Source of the DNA: a virus
Lineage: Duplodnaviria; Caudoviricetes
Direction: 5' to 3' (one strand)
Length of the DNA stretch: 63,965 nt
IMG/VR virus record: IMGVR_UViG_3300037714_000156
Location: 1 to 63,965 of that record
A model generated the notes under the pieces. It was not told the DNA's origin. It worked only from the letters and a program-made list of their open reading frames with translations, and made no database searches. Of the stretch, positions 19,001-28,000 are shown piece by piece. Every line of letters starts with the position of its first letter. The stretch's first letter is position 1. Both the position numbers and the translations under genes were made by a program.

Positions 19001-22000
19001 CTATTGACGCTGATGCTGAATCAAAACAAGAGGCGATGAAAAGAGTAAATCCGACTCTTTACAAGTTAGCACAAAAATCAGCCACGGTTGACGATTTTAT
19101 TAAAGCGGTTGCTAAATCAAGTAAAACAAGTGTTGAAAATATTTCTGCTGAAAATTTAACTGAATTTTATAACCGAGTAGAACCAATAAAGAAAGAGGTT
19201 GAAGCTGAGGTTGAACCGGAAACAAATATCGCCACAGATGCAAAGGGCTACCCGATAGTAACGGATAATTATGGTTATGACCACACAATAAAACTTTGGG
19301 GGACACACGTAGTCAGGACAAGCCCGATAAAAGAAGAAATATCAGAGAGCGGAATAAAGACAAGCAATTATACATTAGGCGGTTCAGGGTGGGAATGGTG
19401 GGGATTCAAAAAGCAGGGAGATATTTGGGAGGGTTATGTAGAGGGATTTGAAAATGAGTTTGGAACTTTTCTTGAGAGCGAATTAAAAGAAAACGGAATT
19501 AAGATTGTTACAGACCCAAAAGAATTACAAGAACTTAATCCTCCAATAGAGTGGAAGTGGAAACAGAAAAAAGTTACTAAGCCACAGAAACCACAGGAAT
19601 TGCCACAGGAATTGAAAGCAGAGAAAAAACCAACCAAGGCTCCGGAGCCCCAAGTTAAACCAGGGAAGAAGTCTGAAAAGCCATCGGTCATTGATGATGA
19701 AATGAAAAACATCATCAAGGATATAGAAAAAGGATTGGAAGGAATTACATTCCAATTAAAGAAACCACAACAGCCGGAGTTTAAGAAAGACATAGGACCC
19801 AAGGCAGTCCTCGGTAAAAAGAAACCTTCATTCCAATTAAAACCCGGTGAAAAGATTCCATCAGACGTACAGACTAAAGCGAATGATCTGATAGGAAAAT
19901 TTATTGATAAAGAAGTTTATCGTTTCAAAGATATTGTAGAAGCAACAGGGAACGCATTTGGAGAAGAAACTCTACAAAGAATATTCCCCGCACTCAAAGC
20001 AGGCTACACAGCATATCTTACTAACGCTACTGATGCCGAAACCAAAGAGATGGATTCTTTTGATATAGTAAAAAAATTCACTCTCGAATCTCCCGAAGGG
20101 AAAGAATACGATAGTTTACGCAAAGAAGTAAAACAACTTCTGATTGATGTTAATGAAATGACTCCCGCCCAAGCTGATTATAAGTTGAGGGGAACAAACG
20201 CAGCGACAATGGCAGGATGGAAGAAAGAACTTACAGAAAGAGCGGAAGCTAAAGGAGAGACAGGAATATCGAGACCCTTCATCCAGAGAGTAAGAGAAGA
20301 AATCCGGTCCGGAAACCAACTCAATAAAACTCAATTAGAAAAAATAGCTAATGAATTCGGTATCACAGATCCCAACGTCGCAAAGGAACAAGCTGAACTT
20401 GCCATAGTTGCTGAAGCAAGGAAGATTATTAACGAGAGCAAAAACGAAAAAGAAGCCTACGACAATATTGTTGAGCTTTACAATAATCAACCAAACCTTA
20501 CCCACAGGACAAATATCTCCGTTGAGAAACAGCAATACTCAACCCCTGCACCGATAGCCTATATTGCGGGATTGTTTGTTGCTGATGGAGTTGGTAACGG
20601 TGATGTATTAGAACCGTCCGCAGGGAACGGTATGCTTGTTATCTCATTTAACACAGGGCAGGTATATGTAAATGAAATAGATTCAGTAAGAAATACAAAC
20701 CTGAGACAGACCGGGTATGAAGGTATTGCAAATATTGATGCTGAAAAGAACGATAATATTTTCGGTAAAAAATTTGATGGGATAATAACCAATCCGCCTT
20801 TCGGAAAAAGTTCGGGCGAAAAGAAATTTAACGATTACAAGCTGAATAAACTTGAACACATTATGGCTGCCAATGCACTAAAACAAATGAACGCAGACGG
20901 CAGGGCTGCAATAATAATAGGCGGACATAATAGTTATGACAACAAGGGCAGATTGCAGAATGATAGGATATTCTTTAATTGGCTGAACCATTATTATAAT
21001 GTAGAGGCGGTATTAAACATTGAAGGTGATCTTTACAAGAAACAGGGGGCACAATTTCCTGTACGCCTTATATTAATTAATGGTAAGAAGGAAACCCCGC
21101 AAGGAGCATCACCGTTATACGATGCTCAAAAAGATGCGGTAATAAAAGATTTTGAAGATTTGTATAACAGAGTAAAGGAGATCAGAGATGAAACTTTATT
21201 ACGACCCGGAGATGATGTCCAACGAAGACCAGGCGGAATTACTGATGTGCGAAGTCCCGGAGGACGCAAAGTTCAAGAACCCGAAGGAGCTGAAACCTTA
21301 CCTGAAGTGGAGGTTGGAAGACCTGATAAAGAAAAGCCCACAAAGCCTTCCGAAGTTGGAGAGTTTGGTGTACGACCTTCTGGAACAGGAAAACCCGTAC
21401 GTGGAGACACCGGAACAGTTGGCAGACCTGATTCTGGAAAGCCCACATTACCAGGAAGTGTTCCAGGTGGTAAAGCAGGACAAGAAGGACGCAGAGACAT
21501 TGACACAGGAAGAAGCGGAAAAGATGTTCAACAAGGTTTCGATAGAGAGCCTCCTTCAGCTATTGCAAGAGCAATTTTAGAAGAAGGGAAACCCAATCTT
21601 CCATATAAAGCAGAATCTAAAGGAGTAACTCTTGAGACCGTCATACCCCGGAATATGGCTTATGAAACATCTAAACAATTACGGAATCTTGCTGAAGATG
21701 TTGGCGGTGATCTTGACCAATTCGTAGCAGACAAACTCGGATATAAAGACAAAGAAGAACTGTACGGTTACTTAGGTGCAGAGCAAATTGATGCGACAGC
21801 TATGGCTATCATTGCTATTGAGCAGGGGCAGGGAATGATTATCGGGGATATGACAGGAGTTGGCAAAGGTAGAATTGCTGCATCTATAATAAAGTATGGA
21901 GTAAGAGAAGGATATAAACCCGTATTCTTCACAGAGAAAGCTGATCTGTTTAGTGATTTCTACCGGGATCTGGTTGATACCGGAAGCAAAGATTTAATTC

Positions 22001-25000
22001 CATTCATTGTGAATAATCCAAGCGCTAAGAACTCCCCGAATATTGTTGATGAGGACGGCAACTTAGTTCATACTGCTTTATCCGGTGATAAGAAAAGTAC
22101 AATATTAAGAATCGGAGATTTGGGAAAATACGATTTTGTTCTCAGCACATATTCACAAGTAAATAGCGAGAGGAGCGGATTAAAAAGAAACTTCATAGAA
22201 GATTTAGTCAGAGACAATATTCTTGTTATGGATGAGAGTCATAATGCAAGCGGTGACTCAAACACAGGCGAATTTTTCAGAGACCTTGTTAGAGATGCTA
22301 AAGGGGTGACATATCTTTCGGCAACATTCGCCAAGAGACCGGACAACATGCCTGTTTATGCTGTTAAGACTGCGATCAGCGAAGCCAATTTAACAGAAGA
22401 TGGGCTTGTCGCAGCGATAGAAAAGGGAGGAGTAGCTTTACAGGAAATTCTTTCAACTGATATGGTAGAAGCCGGACAGATGATAAGAAGGGAAAAAAGT
22501 TATGAAGGAATTAAGATTGATTATAAACCATTAACCGAAAAGAAAACAGAGCATACAAAAATAGTAGATAGTGTTACTGAAATTATCCGGGACATAATTG
22601 CTTTCCAAAAGAATCATGTCAACGGAATAGTTGATGCTATGGATAATGATGCAGTCATGGAAGGAGAAAGAATCGGAGTTGAAACAGGAACAAATATGGC
22701 GGGGATTGATAACACCCCATTCGCTTCAAAAGTATTTAATGTAGTTGACCAATTACTCTTTTCACTAAAAGCAGATTCCGCAGCAGACGAAGCAATCGCA
22801 ACATTTAAGCAAGGGAAAAAACCTGTTATAGCAGTTAAGAATACTATGGAATCATTTCTTGATTATCTCGGAGTACAGGTCGGCGATATTATAGAGAATA
22901 CTGATTTCAGTTCGGTTCTTGAAAGAGGATTAAGAGGGATATTCAGAATAAGACGTGTGGATGTAACCGGGGAAAGTACACCGGACGAATTATCTATTAA
23001 CGATTTATCAGAAGATGGAAGAAAAGAATACAAAAGACTTCTTGATAAAATCAAAAGTACAACTGTTGGTATCACCATATCACCGATAGATCATATTATA
23101 TACAAGTTGAACAAAGCCGGATATAAGGTTGGTGAAATTACAGGCAGAGATATAACATTAAAATTCAGAGATGATGGCAAAGCCATAGTTGAAAAACGTA
23201 CAGAGAAAGACAAGAAAAAAACAATCAGAGATTTTAATAATTGGGAAAACCCCGGCACACCAAGAGGAATTGATAATTATACAGAGATGGCATTAATTGT
23301 AAATGCGTCCGGGTCGGCAGGAAGATCAGCCCACTCATCACCGAAATTCAAAGATCAACGCCAGAGGAAAATGGTAACAGTCCAGGTCGAGCTAAACATC
23401 AATACAGAAATTCAGAAGCGGGGAAGAATCAACAGGACCGGACAAGTAAATAAACCTGAGTATGTTACAATAGCAAGTGCTATCCCGGCAGAGCAAAGAT
23501 TGTTGATGATGGCGAAGAAGAAATTAAAATCGCTTGATGCAAACGTATCATCCGATCAATCGCAGGCAGGTACAACATTCGAGGCGAATGATTTTCTCAA
23601 TAAATATGGCGACAGGATAGTAATAGAATATCTAAAAGAGAATCGTGAATTAAATGATATGCTTTTAGACCCGCTAAAAATGAACATAATGAACGAGGAA
23701 GAAATTGAGAAGTTCACCAACAAAGAAAATGCTGCACATAAAGTAACGGGCAGAGTCGCAATACTGCCGACACATTTACAGGAAGAATTCTATAAAGAAA
23801 TAGGATTCAGATATGACGATCATATTGAATATCTAAACTCGATAGAAGAAAATGACCTTGAAGTAAAGATAATGCCCCTGGAAGCAATGACCACAAATAG
23901 CAGGATGATTGTAGCCGGGAAAGGTGGCGTAAGTCCTTTCGGCAGAGATTCAATGTTGGAGACAGCAGAAGTAAACGTCCTGAAAAAACCTTTCCGTATT
24001 GAAAAAGTAAATGAGTTGCTTGATAAATATTTAGATGGTAAAGGGAAAGATGAAAAGAAAAAAGGAATCATCAATGATTTACGAACATTCTGGAAAGGAT
24101 GGACGGAGGAACATCTTAACAGGAAAGTTCAAACCATCGCAAAGGATTTAAGAATAGAAAAAGAAGATGTCGTTAAATATGCTTCGAGAGGATTAGACGG
24201 CTTACCGGACCTGGTAATTAAATATCCACACTTGCTAAACAAAGAAGTATTTGTTGATACGGAGTTTAACAAATACAGACAGTTATCCGAAAGATTGGAA
24301 GCTCAGGGAAATTATGTATTCAATAATATCTTAGACAGATATGATATAGGCAGAGCATATAAAGTCCCACTTGTCAGAGATAATGTTGCCCCTATCTATT
24401 CAAACGGAATATTTTTAGGATGGGAGATCAGCCCAAAGAGAAGAAATCCCTATGCCCCAAGTGCTATCAAGATGAAATTTGCTGTTGCTGATTCCCGACA
24501 GATAGCACAATTCCAAGGTTCCAACAGGGATTGGCTTAATGATATAACGAGTGAAAGCAGTTCATTAAGTGCATGGCAGCAAAAAGATATGATCGAGGAT
24601 TGGGATAACGCTTTGTCCGATCACCGCCGGGAGATTAAACCGATAGTAACAGGTAATATACTTCAGGTAATGGGCGGGAACGATGTTAAGGGAGGACAGT
24701 TAATTTCCTATACGACAAAAGACGGAGGAATAAAAAGAGGTATTCTTATACACGACAGCAAATCAATTGCAGGAACAGACATAAGAGTACCGATTAAGAG
24801 AGCAAGAAAATACATTCAACAATTACCTCTCGGTGATTTTATAGAAAGTTCAGCCGGTGAAATAGTAATTGCTAATACCGGAAATAATTATTGGGAAATA
24901 GAAGTACCCGCAAGCAAAGCAAAGGGAGGGAAATTCTATCTCGATGAAGGAATGAAAGGATTAGTCAAAGACGGAAGATTCGATAAGGTTGGTAATGCAA

Positions 25001-28000
25001 TGAGAGCTGAATTCAAAAGAGATAATCTTGATAAGCTCATTGATATACTTCAGAAAGATTTCGGAATATCCGTAAGACTATCACAGGAACAGATGAGGAA
25101 GATCAGCGATGATGATAACACCTTTCAGTTAAAACCAGGGAAGGCTTATAAAGATGATTTTAATAATAACATTCCCCCGATATTCAGTAAGCATCACGAA
25201 TATAAATTAAGCCATCCATATCTGAAGCATACGGAAGTTGAATTCGCACAGCCCAAGATAGCATTCTGGACGAGAGAACATATTAAATCTATTGGCTATA
25301 CAGACGCTTTTGTTAATACATTACCCAAATTAGAAAAAGGAGATTATGGTTATGAACAAGGAAAAGAAAAATTCGCAGTCGAAATTGCAGGATACTCCGG
25401 CTATGACCCTGAAGGGGGCGGGGCAATCATCATTGTCAGCAGCACAGCGACTCCATCTGCTTATACCGAAGAAATTATCCACACAATCCAGAAAAGACTT
25501 AAAACAGAAAATCCAGAACTCTTACAAAAAATTGAGCAATGGGAATCCATAGTAAAGAAAGAGGGTAAGGAATTCGGAGTAGAGATTCCAGATGGATATG
25601 AAACATTTGCACAAGCAATGGTATTCACTCATCTCGGATATGCAAATGAAAATCCGGATGTTGCTGAAGTATTTGAGATCCCGAAAGACATTCTTGATGA
25701 ATTCACAGCAATACTAAATCTTGGGAAAATATCTTCTGACGTATTAAAAGGAGAATCACAGAGAGGGATAATCAGACTGCCTTCCGGTAAGATTGACAAC
25801 TCATTACAAAACTTCCGGCAAAAACGACAGGGGACAGCGTTACAACTAAAACCGCCGGAAGATAAGAAACTAAGCAGAGCGAAGGGATTATATTCTCAGT
25901 TAAAATCAGAACTTGGAGAGAAAGCAGACGTTTATCCTGAATGGATTAAACAGATGAGAAAGGAATATGGCAAAGAGTTTGATAAGGAGGCGAGAAAAGT
26001 ATGGAAGGATATGAAAGAACCTGCGGGATTAACTGAAAAAGAATTTCAGAAAAAATATTACTCAAGACACATAGATATTCGGGGCAGAGGCGGGGAAGCA
26101 CTTGAGAACATTGAAAAAATAAAAAGAGAAGGATTCCACTCTGTTTATGCAAACGCATTGCCAATGGGCGTAGGAGAAGGAAAACCGGGTACGGAAACTA
26201 TAACAGACAAACAATATTCTGTTAGAAAAGGCGATGTAGTTTACCTGATTCCAAAAGAATATGTGCTGAATATAGGGACATCAAAACCGGAAAAAATAAA
26301 AGCAGGATGGAAGCCGAAAGACGAAGATATAGTAATTGCAGAATATGATAAACAACCATTATATGAACTTTACAAAAAGAAGTTTGAGCAACAATCATCA
26401 CACCAACTCAAACCTGCGTCCAAAGAATTAATCAATAAGGTCGAAGCCAAAGGGTTGATGATAGATCAGAACCTTGTTGCGACATATAACATAAAAGGTG
26501 AGCCGAGAGAATTCATATCAGTCAGTACACCTGGTCCGGGGCGGAAGCATACCTTATCTTTAGAGGTCAGCAAACTTGACGATGAATTAAAAAAATTCAC
26601 CGGAATAAAAAAATCAATGTTGCTATCTCCGAATGAGATATTATTAAATAGTAAAGGCAGATTCCCGACTCCACTTGCCATAGCAGAAGCCAAAGAAATT
26701 CTCAAAGATAAGTTTGACTCGGAATACCAGAAATTCAGGGAGGAGAATAAACCGCCCAAAAATTTCGATTTAATTTTTGAAGAAGGATTAATCTTAGAGA
26801 ATTTTGCCCGGAAAGTTGTTGCAGCAGATAAACTTGGTATAAAAGATATTAATGCTGATTTGTGGAGTGAGGCGACAAAGATTGAGCGACCAGGAAAATC
26901 AGCCTTCCAACTCAGGAAACCAAAGAAGGACCGGTCCGAAAAACTATTAGGTAAGAAAAAAGAAACAGAAATAGCCAGAGAACAGAACCGGGAACCCGAG
27001 AGCGGAGAAGGTAACGTAGTTGATTTCGGAGTTGGGTTAGGTCAGGTATTTACAGTCACGGCGGATAAGATAAATGATTTTATCAAGAACAACAGGCTTG
27101 AAAAAGAATTAGGAATAGAAGGAGACCCAAAACTAAGAAAGTTATACCGGGAATTTCTTACAGCTCCCCAATGGTTTTTCGATAAAGAACCGCAGTTGAA
27201 AAGAATATGGGATATTGTTGACAGACACTTCGTAAGAAATGTTAATGAAGAAACTGCAATCCTCAGAGAAGATAAATGGCAGAATGGAAAGCCCTGGAGA
27301 AAATTAAGCGAAACAGAGAAAACCGAATTCTTGTCTGCACTAAAAGAATATGAGCAAGTTCAATATGAACTTCAAAGAGACGGCGAATCTCTTGAGTTAC
27401 TTGATTGGGCTGATTACGCAGATGAACATGCTCTGACACCGGGAGTAACAGAATTATTATTCAATGTTTATAAACCTGTAATTGAAACCGCTCTTGATAT
27501 GGTTAAAGATGTTGACCGATATAAAATCATCAATGAGACGAAAGTAAATCCATATCTTGAAAATTACTACATAGCAAAAGAGAGCGGTGCAAGACAGGAA
27601 TTTCTTGATAACACATTAGAGAAAGCGAGAGAAGAATTCTTTAATGACGACCCTAATGCGGAAGCCCTTTACGAAAACGAATTATTAAGGATGGCAACGG
27701 GGAAAGCAGATCCGGTCAGAGCCTTAGAGTTAGCTTGGGGGAACAATCCAAATTTAAGAGAGACACTTGCAGAAGTATTAATCGGTAAGAAATATGAGAA
27801 GATAGACGGCAAAGTTTATTTCCCATCATCAAGATTAGAGAATAAATATTTCCTAAGTGCAATCAAGAAGTCAACGCCTGAAGAAAAACTTATTGAGGGA
27901 ATACAGGATGATAAATTCTTCACAACGAATAATAGCCTGGCAAAGCTGAACACTATAAAAGAGGAATTAGAAGCTCAGGGATATGACACTAAGGTAGGAA

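Noticed and set aside
25346-25552. Third nested gene in the giant ORF (AAGGAG before ATG)
   Set aside because: The host frame looks globular here and the alternative peptide looks like an off-frame shadow; insufficient support
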